Below, piece after piece: positions 1 to 9,356 of a stretch of DNA of 64,000 bases (its first letter is position 1; every line of letters starts with the position of its first letter). Under the pieces are notes generated by a model. It was given only the letters and a program-made list of their open reading frames with translations, had not been told where the DNA came from and made no database searches. The stretch is taken from positions 3,798 to 67,797 of IMG/VR virus record IMGVR_UViG_3300024492_000057, one strand, 5' to 3'. Made by a program: the position numbers and the translations under genes. The DNA comes from a virus.

Positions 1-108
1 TTTATCGAAAGGCACCAGAAATGGGTGCTTATAGTGAGAAATGGTCATCACACTGGTATAACTTAATCTCGCTTAAGTTATAAACTGTCAAATTTTTGGG
101 AGGAAATT

Positions 109-285
109 TTGAATAATCAACAAAAAGCATTTTTAATTCAATTAGGTATTATATTATTTTGTCTAGTGAATATGTTGTTATTAATTCAAGCAATAGTAAC
201 TCAAAATAATATTTACGGAATGTTTAGTTTAGGATTTGTAACTTTAACATTATTCAGTATTTATAAATCTCTAGGTGATAAATGA
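109..285 (+). CDS. small membrane protein, 58 aa (not in ORF track)
   Basis: GGAGG RBS at 99-103, TTG start, two hydrophobic stretches, ATGA overlap with next gene. Confidence 0.6.
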   Translation: MNNQQKAFLIQLGIILFCLVNMLLLIQAIVTQNNIYGMFSLGFVTLTLFSIYKSLGDK

Positions 286-548
286 AATCCTGGTTAGAAC
301 AAGTCGATGCTGCAAAAAAAGAGCTTTTAGAAAAGGATTTGAACAAAATTCAAGAGGAAACTGCATATAAATGGGCTGCTAGGTATGCAGCTGCTATAGA
401 ATTGATGCAAAATGAAGAAAGTGATGCAATAGCTCGCCTTTCATGGCGAGATGACGCTATAGAATATTATTCTGAAGCTGTAGAACATGCAGCCCAAGTT
501 AAAGATGAAATGTTTTACTCAACTATTAGGATGTTAATCGGTAAATGA
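282..548 (+). CDS. hypothetical protein
   Basis: ORF coupled by ATGA overlaps on both sides. Confidence 0.75.
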   Translation: MKSWLEQVDAAKKELLEKDLNKIQEETAYKWAARYAAAIELMQNEESDAIARLSWRDDAIEYYSEAVEHAAQVKDEMFYSTIRMLIGK

Positions 549-2392
549 ATACAAGCAATAAGCTTCTAAGCGATATTACAGCCTTCCGCACATACGCAAA
601 ATACATCCAACATCTAGGACGCCGAGAAACTCTAGAAGAAACTATTAATCGTAACATGACGATGCATTTAGATAGGTTTCCTAAGCTATCTAAAGATATT
701 GTAAAAGCATATACAAGAGTACACGATCTTAAAGCAATGCCCTCTATGAGAGCCCTACAGTTCTCAGGAGATGCGGTATTAAAGAATAACGCTAGACAAT
801 ATAATTGTTCGTTCGCTCATATTAAAGACGTAGAGATTTTCAGTGAAATCATGTTCCTACTTCTATCCGGGGTAGGGGTAGGGTATTCAGTTCAAAAACG
901 TCATACTTCTCAACTACCTAAAGTAACTCTCCCTAGAGAAGAAGGTAAATATGTAGTACACGATAGTATTATCGGATGGGCCGATTCATTTAATGCTTTA
1001 TTTCAAGCATACTTCTATGGAAGAATTCGCCCGGTATTCGACCTCACTCCAGTTAGACCTAAAGGATCATATCTAGTGACTACAGGAGCTAGAGCGCCTG
1101 GCCCTGAACCTCTACGTAAAGCCCTAGAAGAAGTAGAGAAGCGTTTAAAGGAAGCTTTAGGTAGGCAATTAAAGCCTATTGAACTACATGATATTATCTG
1201 TATTATGTCTGATGCTGTACTAGCTGGCGGAATTCGCCGAGCTGCTCTTATCGCGCTATTTGACCGAGACGATAATGAAATGCTCAAATGTAAGTCTGGA
1301 GATTGGTGGGTAAAACATCCATACAGAGCTAGGGCTAATAATTCAGCTATTCTACCCACTCAAGAAGTAACTAAAGACGAATTTCTGCATATTTATACAA
1401 TTTGTAAAGATTCTAAAGCCGGTGAACCAGGGTTTAGCTGGTCTAATAATTTAGACCTCGGATATAACCCTTGTCATGAAATTTCCTTAAACTCTAACCA
1501 ATTCTGTAACCTATCCACTATTAACATGACCGAGATTAAAGATAAACGTGATTATCTTAACCGGGTATATACAGCAGCATTAATCGGGACGTTACAAGCT
1601 AGCTATACAGATTTCCCCTATCTACGTCCGATTTGGAAACAAACTACTGATCTAGAAGCGCTTCTAGGAGTTAGTTGCACTGGAGTAGCAGATGCTGGTA
1701 AAATTGATCCTGAATGGTTAGAAGAAGGGGCTAAACTCGTTCTAGAAGTTAATGAGCGGTATGCTAAGAAGATCGGAATCAACTTAGCAGCTCGAACTAC
1801 AGCGATTAAACCGGAAGGTACTTCTAGCTGCGTATTAGGCTCATCAAGCGGAGTTCATGCTCGTCACGGGGAGTTCTACCTAAGACGCATCAGAATGAAT
1901 AAGAGCGATGCTCTTGGTCAATATCTATCTAATGTTATCCCAGAACTTGTAGAAGAAGATGTAACTAGTTCCACTGGATTAGTAGTAACTATTCCTCAAC
2001 AATCTCCAGAGGGAGCAGTTCTAAGGGATAACGAATCAGCGTTCGATTTATTAGATCGAGCTATTATGTTCAATCAACAATGGATTAATCCTGGGCATAG
2101 GTCAGGAGATAATAAACATAATGTATCTACTACTATATCAGTTAAAGACGAAGAATGGGATAAACTAGGGGAACTCCTCTGGAGAAATCGTAAGAACTAC
2201 ACAGGGATATCACTATTACCGTTTGATGGTGGAACATACAAGCAAGCTCCATTTGAAACTTGTTCTAAAGAAACGTATGAAAAATATTCTGAATTAGTTA
2301 AAGAAGTAGATTTAAAAGAGGTTAGAGAAGAAGAAGATAATACACAGCGAGTAGAACAACTTGCTTGTTCTGGAGGATTATGCGAGATTTAA
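545..2392 (+). CDS. nrdJ: class II (adenosylcobalamin-dependent) ribonucleotide reductase, monomeric RTPR type
   Basis: PSMR, YNC, GVGVG, NPCHE active site, FCNL, IKPEGT and C-terminal CSGGLC redox pair; no small subunit nearby. Confidence 0.93.
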   Translation: MNTSNKLLSDITAFRTYAKYIQHLGRRETLEETINRNMTMHLDRFPKLSKDIVKAYTRVHDLKAMPSMRALQFSGDAVLKNNARQYNCSFAHIKDVEIFSEIMFLLLSGVGVGYSVQKRHTSQLPKVTLPREEGKYVVHDSIIGWADSFNALFQAYFYGRIRPVFDLTPVRPKGSYLVTTGARAPGPEPLRKALEEVEKRLKEALGRQLKPIELHDIICIMSDAVLAGGIRRAALIALFDRDDNEMLKCKSGDWWVKHPYRARANNSAILPTQEVTKDEFLHIYTICKDSKAGEPGFSWSNNLDLGYNPCHEISLNSNQFCNLSTINMTEIKDKRDYLNRVYTAALIGTLQASYTDFPYLRPIWKQTTDLEALLGVSCTGVADAGKIDPEWLEEGAKLVLEVNERYAKKIGINLAARTTAIKPEGTSSCVLGSSSGVHARHGEFYLRRIRMNKSDALGQYLSNVIPELVEEDVTSSTGLVVTIPQQSPEGAVLRDNESAFDLLDRAIMFNQQWINPGHRSGDNKHNVSTTISVKDEEWDKLGELLWRNRKNYTGISLLPFDGGTYKQAPFETCSKETYEKYSELVKEVDLKEVREEEDNTQRVEQLACSGGLCEI

Positions 2393-2511
2393 TTATTATT
2401 GGAACTATAACAGTATTTGCATTTATAGTATTAGGATATTTAATCGCAGCTGGAGGTTGTACTATATCTCCAGGTATTCATCCTAAACTACCTATAGTGA
2501 GTTGTAAATGA
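2380..2511 (+). CDS. small membrane/lipoprotein-like peptide, 43 aa (not in ORF track)
   Basis: GGAGG at 2372-2376, hydrophobic N-terminus ending AAGGC, fills the gap and overlaps next ATG. Confidence 0.5.
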   Translation: MRDLIIIGTITVFAFIVLGYLIAAGGCTISPGIHPKLPIVSCK

Positions 2512-2834
2512 TTTCCTGGAATGATCCTAGAGTATCACTACCTGACGATGGCGAAGTAGTAGCGGTTGTATACCGTCATTGGAAAGATAACAACAATCCA
2601 ATGAGCTACGAGATTATGGTTGGAGAAACTTGTTATTCTAACTGTAAAAGATACGTTAGAGTTGAATCTAATGATATGACTGGCAAAGGTGGATGGTCTG
2701 TATATCTAAAAAATGCTAGCGGTTATGGAGATGATATAGGTATTGGGTGGTGTGATCCTAGTGAACTAGATTTACCTATTACCAACGAAGAATGGGTAAA
2801 AGATTACGACGAAGATGACGATGAAACTACCTGA
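2508..2834 (+). CDS. hypothetical protein
   Basis: ORF in coupled run. Confidence 0.7.
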   Translation: MISWNDPRVSLPDDGEVVAVVYRHWKDNNNPMSYEIMVGETCYSNCKRYVRVESNDMTGKGGWSVYLKNASGYGDDIGIGWCDPSELDLPITNEEWVKDYDEDDDETT

Positions 2835-3075
2835 ATATTCCCTTAAACAACCCTTACAAATACCTTGTAAAAACTCTAATGATGTGGTAGAATTTCCTAT
2901 AGGTACATTAATTCAACCTATTTGGAACGAAGATTATATACCAGATCATGCTAAAGAGCTATTAGAAGAACAAAGACGATATATGTTTAATCAAGAATCC
3001 AAGTTGATTATGTGTATTATTGGTACTACTTGGTATCCTGTAAGAGAAGAAAATATTAGGAGAAGTGGTTGGTGA
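2815..3075 (+). CDS. hypothetical protein
   Basis: ORF in coupled run. Confidence 0.7.
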   Translation: MTMKLPEYSLKQPLQIPCKNSNDVVEFPIGTLIQPIWNEDYIPDHAKELLEEQRRYMFNQESKLIMCIIGTTWYPVREENIRRSGW

Positions 3076-3314
3076 ATAAAAAAGAACGTAAACAAGTTAT
3101 AGATTTTTTACTTAAAATCAATTCTGAAGGTATGGAATATTATTTCAATGAATATATTTCACCCGCGAATATTGAAAAAAAGTATCCATTTTTACAAGAT
3201 ACTCCACTTATGACCGCAATTCGAGCGTATAAATCTGCGCACAGCGATTTAGTATTTGAATTAGGTAATTTAACTCAAGAATATGAAATTTCCCCGGAAG
3301 AAATCGAATATTAA
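3069..3314 (+). CDS. hypothetical protein
   Basis: ORF in coupled run. Confidence 0.7.
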   Translation: MVNKKERKQVIDFLLKINSEGMEYYFNEYISPANIEKKYPFLQDTPLMTAIRAYKSAHSDLVFELGNLTQEYEISPEEIEY

Positions 3315-3652
3315 TGAAAGCCACCGAAAAACAGATTAAATATCTTAAAAAACTGGGTATACCAACTAAAGGATTAACTAAGCAAGAAGCAAGTTCTATT
3401 ATATCTAAATATTACGGGAAAAATGTATATAGATGCCGTAATTGTAATGGTTTAGTGATAGAAAAGGATAATACGTTAGAATGCTGCGGATTTAAACAAA
3501 GATCAAATACGTCAGGTAGATCAATAGAAATGAGAAGAACTATCTCATTAGGAAATGGATGTATTTCATCATTGAATGGAATAGTCGATTATATTGATGA
3601 TGGAAATGGTAATGAATGGGCAGCTTGGGATGATGAGGATAATGAACACTAA
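3314..3652 (+). CDS. hypothetical protein with ATEKQ helical motif and zinc-ribbon-like cysteines
   Basis: KATEKQIKYL...LTKQEASSII; CRNC...CC. Confidence 0.65.
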   Translation: MKATEKQIKYLKKLGIPTKGLTKQEASSIISKYYGKNVYRCRNCNGLVIEKDNTLECCGFKQRSNTSGRSIEMRRTISLGNGCISSLNGIVDYIDDGNGNEWAAWDDEDNEH

Positions 3653-3834
3653 TGAACAAATTTCTTCCTGGGGATGAAGTAGAAGCCTTCGATTTAGACA
3701 ACACCCTTTACAAGGGAACCGTAGTTGAACAAAGAAATAATACTAAATATAATTATGTAACCGTAATTATTCATGTAGATAATAAAGATCAATTATTAGA
3801 ATTTCCAATTGAAGCTGTGAGCTTAAGAAAATGA
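3652..3834 (+). CDS. small hypothetical protein, possible SH3/Tudor-like barrel
   Basis: FLPGDEVEA...YKGTVVE pattern; TAATG coupling. Confidence 0.6.
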   Translation: MNKFLPGDEVEAFDLDNTLYKGTVVEQRNNTKYNYVTVIIHVDNKDQLLEFPIEAVSLRK

Positions 3835-4373
3835 AAACAACAGTCGTAAACATCTACGGAGCCCCTGGCGCGGGGAAGAGCACCCTCGCAGCAGAATTAT
3901 ATGCTGAAATGTCTAAAAAAGGCGAATCTGTTGAGCTTGTACGTGAAGTAGCTAAAGAATTCGCTTGGAAAGGGCAAAAGCTATCCAAAATCGAGCAAAT
4001 TAACGTAACTACAGAGCAAATGCTACGTGAAAGCTCGTTATACGGTAAAGTAAAGTATCTTATTACCGATAGTCCTATTGAACTAGGTCATTTCTATTGT
4101 AAATATTATCACGGATCACATGCGCTTGAATATATGAGCGATTTAATGTATGGACTAACTGGAAGATCACGAGATACAAAGCATTTATTCTTACCTATTA
4201 TTAAAGAAAGCTATACAAACGCTGGAAGATATGGCGATTTAAAAGAATCATTAGAAATTGAGGAACTATTACTTGAACGATTCGATAATACTCAAATGTA
4301 TTATAACTTATTAAGTAATAAAGAAACACGGTTAAAGGATGCATTGGAAATTATTTATCAGGAAAAACAATGA
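3831..4373 (+). CDS. P-loop nucleoside/nucleotide kinase-like protein (NadR/Ttd14 AAA-like)
   Basis: Walker A GAPGAGKST, ExAKE and ITDSP motifs. Confidence 0.75.
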   Translation: MKTTVVNIYGAPGAGKSTLAAELYAEMSKKGESVELVREVAKEFAWKGQKLSKIEQINVTTEQMLRESSLYGKVKYLITDSPIELGHFYCKYYHGSHALEYMSDLMYGLTGRSRDTKHLFLPIIKESYTNAGRYGDLKESLEIEELLLERFDNTQMYYNLLSNKETRLKDALEIIYQEKQ

Positions 4374-4582
4374 ATTACTACATAGTTAAAGATTTAAAAT
4401 CTAAGAAATATCTAGTTAATGAAAATTTTGAACTATCAAAAAATATAAATCATGCATGGATTCATTACAATAAAATAGAAGCACGTTGGTTTATAAAAGA
4501 TGCATTTCATTATAATCCAAAAATTAAGAAAAAAGATTTCAAATTTAAAATTGTAAAGGTTAAGCTTAAAGAATGCAAGTAA
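4370..4582 (+). CDS. hypothetical protein
   Basis: ORF in coupled run. Confidence 0.6.
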   Translation: MNYYIVKDLKSKKYLVNENFELSKNINHAWIHYNKIEARWFIKDAFHYNPKIKKKDFKFKIVKVKLKECK

Positions 4583-5193
4583 AATACATACATTCAACCC
4601 CCAATGGAGAAGCTTTAATTGCGTACTGCGCAAGGGTTAGTTCACCGAATCAAGATAATCCAGATTATGAAAAACTCCTAAAGTATCTTATAACCCATAA
4701 ACATTGGAGTCCTTTCCAAATGGCAACCCTTTGCCTAGAAATTACTACTTCTAGAGCAATTGCACAACAAATTCTACGGCATCGTTCGTTCTCATTTCAA
4801 GAATTTTCACAACGCTATGCTCAAGCATTAGACGTAGAAATGTATGAAGCTCGGCGTCAAGACGTTAAGAACCGTCAGAACTCAATTGACGATCTACCAG
4901 ATGACGTTAAACAATGGTTTAAACAAGCCCAAGAAGATACCTGGGATGAATCATATAGCTTGTATATACAGGCATTAGATAAGGGTATTGCAAAAGAATG
5001 CGCTCGCGGATTATTACCCCTCAACACACAAACTCGCATCTACATGCATGGAACTATACGGGATTGGATCCATTATTGTGAAGTTAGATGCGATAAATCT
5101 ACGCAGCTAGAACACAGAGAAATTGCGGAAGAATGTAAGAAGATATTACTTAAAGAGTACCCTGCAACCGGAAAGGCTTTGGGATGGGTATAA
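4573..5193 (+). CDS. thyX: flavin-dependent thymidylate synthase
   Basis: [19 protein letters not shown] ThyX motif, KECAR, QLEHR. Confidence 0.96.
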   Translation: MQVKYIHSTPNGEALIAYCARVSSPNQDNPDYEKLLKYLITHKHWSPFQMATLCLEITTSRAIAQQILRHRSFSFQEFSQRYAQALDVEMYEARRQDVKNRQNSIDDLPDDVKQWFKQAQEDTWDESYSLYIQALDKGIAKECARGLLPLNTQTRIYMHGTIRDWIHYCEVRCDKSTQLEHREIAEECKKILLKEYPATGKALGWV

Positions 5194-5516
5194 AAAAGAA
5201 GTTATGGTTCTCTATTACTGAGAAAGACTGCAGATTTATAGCTAAACGCGGTAGCGGTAAAGGAGGGCAAAAGAAAAATAAAACTTCTAACGCTATTCAA
5301 TGTTTTCACGATCCATCTGGGGCAATGGGTGAATCTGAAGATGGAAGTATACAAAGCCTTAATAAACGTACAGCATTTCAACGTATGGTTGCTACTAAAG
5401 AATTTCAAAGCTGGTTAAATTTAAAAATTGAAGCCGGTAAAGGTAATGTTGAAATTACAGAGGAAACAGATTTAGGTAATAAAGTAACTCGTAAATTAAG
5501 ATTAGATGAAGTTTAA
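5184..5516 (+). CDS. stand-alone RF-1 family (GGQ) peptidyl-tRNA hydrolase domain protein
   Basis: [26 protein letters not shown] matches release-factor domain 3. Confidence 0.85.
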   Translation: MGIKKKLWFSITEKDCRFIAKRGSGKGGQKKNKTSNAIQCFHDPSGAMGESEDGSIQSLNKRTAFQRMVATKEFQSWLNLKIEAGKGNVEITEETDLGNKVTRKLRLDEV

Positions 5517-5517
5517 A

Positions 5518-5546
5518 TTGACAATCTAATTAAATTGTAGTATTCT
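5518..5546 (+). promoter_or_regulatory. sigma70-type promoter
   Basis: TTGACA-N17-TATTCT. Confidence 0.75.
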
Positions 5547-5552
5547 ATATAA

Positions 5553-5800
5553 GTTCTTAAGTACCAGAGTTAAACTCACCATTAAAAAGCTATTAGGAGA
5601 CGAAATAGATAACCTGCCCGACCCTACCAGCGGTAGATCAGTTGGGGTTTAAAGATTCTAAGACGTTAGAATTGACGTAGGTTGATTGAGTTTAAGAATG
5701 CTTTCTTTAAGTTGCGTGGTTGTTAATTGGGTAAAACCTACCGATGAGGACTTAGCGGGTTAACATTAAAGATCCGTTCGCCATAGACTAAAAAGATTGA
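5553..5800 (+). ncRNA. candidate structured non-coding RNA or long 5' leader
   Basis: about 300-bp gap without a long ORF in a tightly packed arm, own promoter, at least six helices visible. Confidence 0.5.
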
Positions 5801-5815
5801 ACTTATTTTAATTAT

Positions 5816-6457
5816 ATGATTACTATAACGCACATTAGCGATACTCACCTGCAACCCTTCCCAGAGCTTCCAGAAGCCGATGTATTATGTCATACCGGAG
5901 ATGCATTAAACTCTGGCAGCTTATCTGAACTAGAACAATTCCGTCAACAACTTCTTCAAATTAAAGATAAGTATGACCAGATTATATTTATTCCAGGTAA
6001 TCACGATAAAATTTTCGAAGCTACTTATCACTCAGCTAAACAATTCCTAGAACAAGAAGTTAATAATCTAACTGTATTAAACCATGAATCTTATGATTAT
6101 AAGGGATATAAGTGGTTTGGAACATCCTTTCAACCGTTTATCGGCAATTGGGCATTCGGAGTAAGAGATAACCTAGATCTGTATGAGAAATATAGACAAA
6201 TTCCAGTTGAGACAGAGATTCTATTAACTCATTGCCCGCCAAAGAGTATATTAGATTATCATCCTACACATAGTCACTTAGGATCAAAAGCATTAAGCTT
6301 AGCACTAAAAGAACTACCGAATCTTAAAGCTCATTTATTCGGCCATATACATTGGTCGTACGGGCTTGACTATAAGAACGAAGTATGGTATTCTAATTCT
6401 GCTCTTTGTAATGAAGATTATGAAGTAGCTAATGAACCGAGGATAATTGAGCTATAA
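5816..6457 (+). CDS. calcineurin-like metallophosphoesterase
   Basis: SDTH, TGD, GNHD, THCPP, GHIH motifs. Confidence 0.92.
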   Translation: MITITHISDTHLQPFPELPEADVLCHTGDALNSGSLSELEQFRQQLLQIKDKYDQIIFIPGNHDKIFEATYHSAKQFLEQEVNNLTVLNHESYDYKGYKWFGTSFQPFIGNWAFGVRDNLDLYEKYRQIPVETEILLTHCPPKSILDYHPTHSHLGSKALSLALKELPNLKAHLFGHIHWSYGLDYKNEVWYSNSALCNEDYEVANEPRIIEL

Positions 6458-6843
6458 TGTATACAAAACTAAATAAAGATAAGGTCGTCTATGTAGACGT
6501 AGACGATACTTTAGTATTATGGGAGCCAGAAAAGTATCGTCATACGGAGGATGAAATTATCTGGATTACTGATGATACTAGACGATTTCCATTTTTACCA
6601 CATAAACGTAATATTAAGTTCGTTCAACAATTAAAACTTCAAGGATACGGAGTAGTTGTATGGTCTGCAGCGGGGTCTAACTGGGCAGAACATGTTATTA
6701 AAAACCTTAAACTAGAAGATTTACCAGATATGATCATTAGCAAACCAGAACTATGTGTAGATGATCTATTAGAAGCTAATCGTATTATTAAGTCAATTGT
6801 ATGGATTCATCCAGATTCAGGAGAGTTTAAAAGAAATGCGTAA
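6457..6843 (+). CDS. HAD-superfamily phosphatase
   Basis: DVDDT motif I, WSA motif II, KP and VDD. Confidence 0.8.
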   Translation: MYTKLNKDKVVYVDVDDTLVLWEPEKYRHTEDEIIWITDDTRRFPFLPHKRNIKFVQQLKLQGYGVVVWSAAGSNWAEHVIKNLKLEDLPDMIISKPELCVDDLLEANRIIKSIVWIHPDSGEFKRNA

Positions 6844-7126
6844 ATTATTAATATTATTAAGTTTCTTATCAGTTGGATGTAGTCCGTTAAAAAATGCTTC
6901 CTTAGAAGAAAGCGAAGAGTTCTATAAAAATCATATAGAATTTCGTATTACTCAACAAATAATTAGAGAAATTACAAGTAAAAACCTAGTTTCTAAAAAC
7001 TGGGCTGAAATCTGTAGTAAAACTAGTAAGTGCTTAAAAAAAGCAACATACTTACATTATGATTATCACTTAGATCAACATAAGTGTTTACTAGCCGAGA
7101 ATGATAAAGAGGTAAGTTGTAAATGA
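6836..7126 (+). CDS. putative lipoprotein
   Basis: start refined to MRKLLILLSFLSVGC (lipobox-like). Confidence 0.6.
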   Translation: MRKLLILLSFLSVGCSPLKNASLEESEEFYKNHIEFRITQQIIREITSKNLVSKNWAEICSKTSKCLKKATYLHYDYHLDQHKCLLAENDKEVSCK

Positions 7127-7296
7127 CTAAGGAACAACTACTCTACAATTTAGCTCAACAAATCTTCCTCAAAAAGATCCCATACGACTATCTAAACGAT
7201 AAGTCTAAAAAGGACTATGAGAATAAGATGGACGATGCTATTGCAATCGCTAAATTATTTTTTGAACGAGTTGAAAAGGATGAACAGAACAACTAA
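7123..7296 (+). CDS. hypothetical protein, 57 aa (not in ORF track)
   Basis: GAGG RBS, ATGA overlap, MTKEQLLYNLAQQ... Confidence 0.6.
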   Translation: MTKEQLLYNLAQQIFLKKIPYDYLNDKSKKDYENKMDDAIAIAKLFFERVEKDEQNN

Positions 7297-7510
7297 ATTT
7301 AATAACTTAACTAAGGAACTTCTAACTCATAAGTATCATTACTATATGAAAGATGATCCTATTATCTCAGATTATGAATATGATAAACTCGAACGTGAAT
7401 GGATTAGTCTAGGTAAAGAGTTAGGAATTAATATGGATGATTATCCTAATTGGATCGGGTTCGATGAAAATCATCCGCTAGCTAAAGAAGTTTTAGAGGA
7501 GAACAAATGA
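7280..7510 (+). CDS. stand-alone N-terminal domain Ia of NAD-dependent DNA ligase
   Basis: HKYHYYMKDDPIISDYEYDKLERE matches the LigA Ia motif; no adenylation KxDG domain follows. Confidence 0.8.
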   Translation: MNRTTKFNNLTKELLTHKYHYYMKDDPIISDYEYDKLEREWISLGKELGINMDDYPNWIGFDENHPLAKEVLEENK

Positions 7511-7695
7511 AAATCGTATTAATGCTTGTAGTTATGACTAGTAATCCAAACAGTAAGTCAGTTTATACCGAATTCGATGCTATTGGATTTAAAGAAATGA
7601 ATAAATGTAAAGAAGCATTAGATCCAATCATGAAGAAACTTACCGAACAGTTTGATAAAATTGAAGCTAAGTGTGTTGAAAGGGATGTTTATTAA
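7507..7695 (+). CDS. hypothetical protein
   Basis: GAGGAG RBS, coupled ORF. Confidence 0.65.
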   Translation: MKIVLMLVVMTSNPNSKSVYTEFDAIGFKEMNKCKEALDPIMKKLTEQFDKIEAKCVERDVY

Positions 7696-8106
7696 ATGAA
7701 ACTGCTTGTTGCCGGTAGTAGACATTTTAAATTCAGCACATTGTTTATACAAGGGCTAATTCAATCTATTTACGGACCACAATTACCCAAGTCTACTATT
7801 AGCGAAATTATTAGTGGAGGAGCTAAGGGAATTGATTGGCTAGGTAGACAATTCTCAGGTTCACAAGGTATTAATTACCGAGAATTTGGAGCTGAATGGG
7901 ATAAACACGGTAAAGCTGCGGGACCTATTCGTAATAAGCAAATGGCGGAATATTCGGATGAATTATTGCTTATATGGGACGGAAAATCTAAAGGATCCGC
8001 CAATATGAAGCAGGAAATGCTCAAATTGAATAAGCCAGTAATTGAAGTAGTTATTACTACTTATAACCTTCAAGAAGATCCAGAAGAGTTTGGACATTAT
8101 AAATGA
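7696..8106 (+). CDS. SLOG-family (YspA-like) protein
   Basis: VAGSR, ISGGAKGID, W..HGKAAGPIRN..M, WDGKSKGS. Confidence 0.88.
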   Translation: MKLLVAGSRHFKFSTLFIQGLIQSIYGPQLPKSTISEIISGGAKGIDWLGRQFSGSQGINYREFGAEWDKHGKAAGPIRNKQMAEYSDELLLIWDGKSKGSANMKQEMLKLNKPVIEVVITTYNLQEDPEEFGHYK

Positions 8107-8978
8107 AGATTTCCAATAGCGCTCTCGATACTTATATTCTCTGTCCTCGGAAATTCTACTATCAGTACGTTGAACGCCTTAAAGCAGATGTTACAAAAAC
8201 TCCCCTACTATTCGGTAGCGCAATCGATAACGCTTTAAACTACATCCTAGAATCAATCCGCGATAAAAAGGAATGGACCAAAGAAGAAGCTGAGCATATT
8301 TTTATACAGAACATGAAAGCATGGGGCGGTTTAAATAAGCTAGAGTTCTTTAAGAACGAAGTTCCAAATGATCTAAAAGATACCATTGACCCGGATGATA
8401 TAGGAGATCAGTGGAAGGTATGGGAACATATTACCGAACGTGGATTAAAATGTTTAGATGTATACATTAAAGAAGTGCTACCCCTCATAGACCAAGTTCT
8501 ACATGTACAGCACAAATTTGAAGTAAAGAATGAGGAAGAAGATACATTTACTGGAGTAATAGATTTCATAGCTAAACTTAAAGATGGACGTACTGTACTA
8601 TTCGATAATAAAACAGCCTCAGCTAAATACAAAAAGAAAGCAGTAGTTGAAAGTCAACAGTTATCATTCTACATGGATCAGTTTCCAGAGATTACGCTAG
8701 CTGGGTATATTGTACTTATTAAGAACCCCGAAAAAGAAAAAGGAATGACTTATCAGATTCTAATAGATGAAATCCCAGAAGAGACAATTGCAAAATCATT
8801 TGACTTACTTGAAAAAACATTGTATAATATAAAACAAGAAAAGTTTGAATGTAATTATAAGTCATGTAAAGCATTTGGAAAAGTCTGTGAATTTGAGAAG
8901 TTATGTTCTTATGGTAGTTATAAAGGACTTATAAAGAATGAAAGAAAAGAAGAACCCCCTCAAAAAACTAAGGACTAG
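8103..8978 (+). CDS. PD-(D/E)XK exonuclease, RecB/Cas4-like
   Basis: S.S.L....CPRK, GVIDF, DNKT, QL..Y and C-terminal cysteine cluster. Confidence 0.85.
   Translation: MKISNSALDTYILCPRKFYYQYVERLKADVTKTPLLFGSAIDNALNYILESIRDKKEWTKEEAEHIFIQNMKAWGGLNKLEFFKNEVPNDLKDTIDPDDIGDQWKVWEHITERGLKCLDVYIKEVLPLIDQVLHVQHKFEVKNEEEDTFTGVIDFIAKLKDGRTVLFDNKTASAKYKKKAVVESQQLSFYMDQFPEITLAGYIVLIKNPEKEKGMTYQILIDEIPEETIAKSFDLLEKTLYNIKQEKFECNYKSCKAFGKVCEFEKLCSYGSYKGLIKNERKEEPPQKTKD
8800..8828 (+). promoter_or_regulatory. internal sigma70-type promoter
   Basis: TTGACT-N17-TATAAT inside the nuclease gene. Confidence 0.55.
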
Positions 8979-9153
8979 GCACATGAGTATGAAAGTTGAA
9001 GAAAACAAACATAAATCTATTAAACAACGTGAACAGTTAGATGGATACTTGGAAGAAATTAATGAAGATGAACTAACTGAACTTTGTAAAAGAAATAAGA
9101 AAGCAATAGACGATTTCGATAATTATATGACTGAGCTTGACAAAAAGAAATAA
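8938..9153 (+). CDS. hypothetical protein
   Basis: ORF track. Confidence 0.6.
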   Translation: MKEKKNPLKKLRTRHMSMKVEENKHKSIKQREQLDGYLEEINEDELTELCKRNKKAIDDFDNYMTELDKKK

Positions 9154-9165
9154 TTGGAGTATAGT
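9137..9165 (+). promoter_or_regulatory. sigma70-type promoter
   Basis: TTGACA-N17-TATAGT, 8 nt before ATG 9174. Confidence 0.8.
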
Positions 9166-9173
9166 AATTATAT

Positions 9174-9356
9174 ATGAGTAACAAAGTAGCACTAGCAGTA
9201 ACTAAAGACCCAGATGGTAAGTACCTTCTAGTAAAGGTGCCATTTAACCTAGAAGATGCAAACGTTGAGACTGTAGTTAAAGACGTACGTGAAGATGTAA
9301 TTGATCGATTTAAAATGACAGCAGCAGAATTATTTATGGGAGATAATGTTCAGTGA
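9174..9356 (+). CDS. hypothetical protein
   Basis: ORF directly after promoter. Confidence 0.7.
   Translation: MSNKVALAVTKDPDGKYLLVKVPFNLEDANVETVVKDVREDVIDRFKMTAAELFMGDNVQ

Noticed and set aside
5184-5516. Stop-codon reassignment suggested by a release-factor-like gene
   Set aside because: Genes are intact and densely packed under the standard code; the protein lacks a codon-recognition domain; no suppressor tRNA seen
5595-5790. Hammerhead ribozyme (CGAAA, CCGAUGAG) or tmRNA 3' end (GGAC..GCGGGUU..CGCCA)
   Set aside because: Stem II does not pair and the core deviates; no T-loop or matching 5' acceptor strand
8103-8978. CRISPR-Cas locus (Cas4-like nuclease)
   Set aside because: No repeat-spacer array or other cas genes; context near ERF indicates recombination
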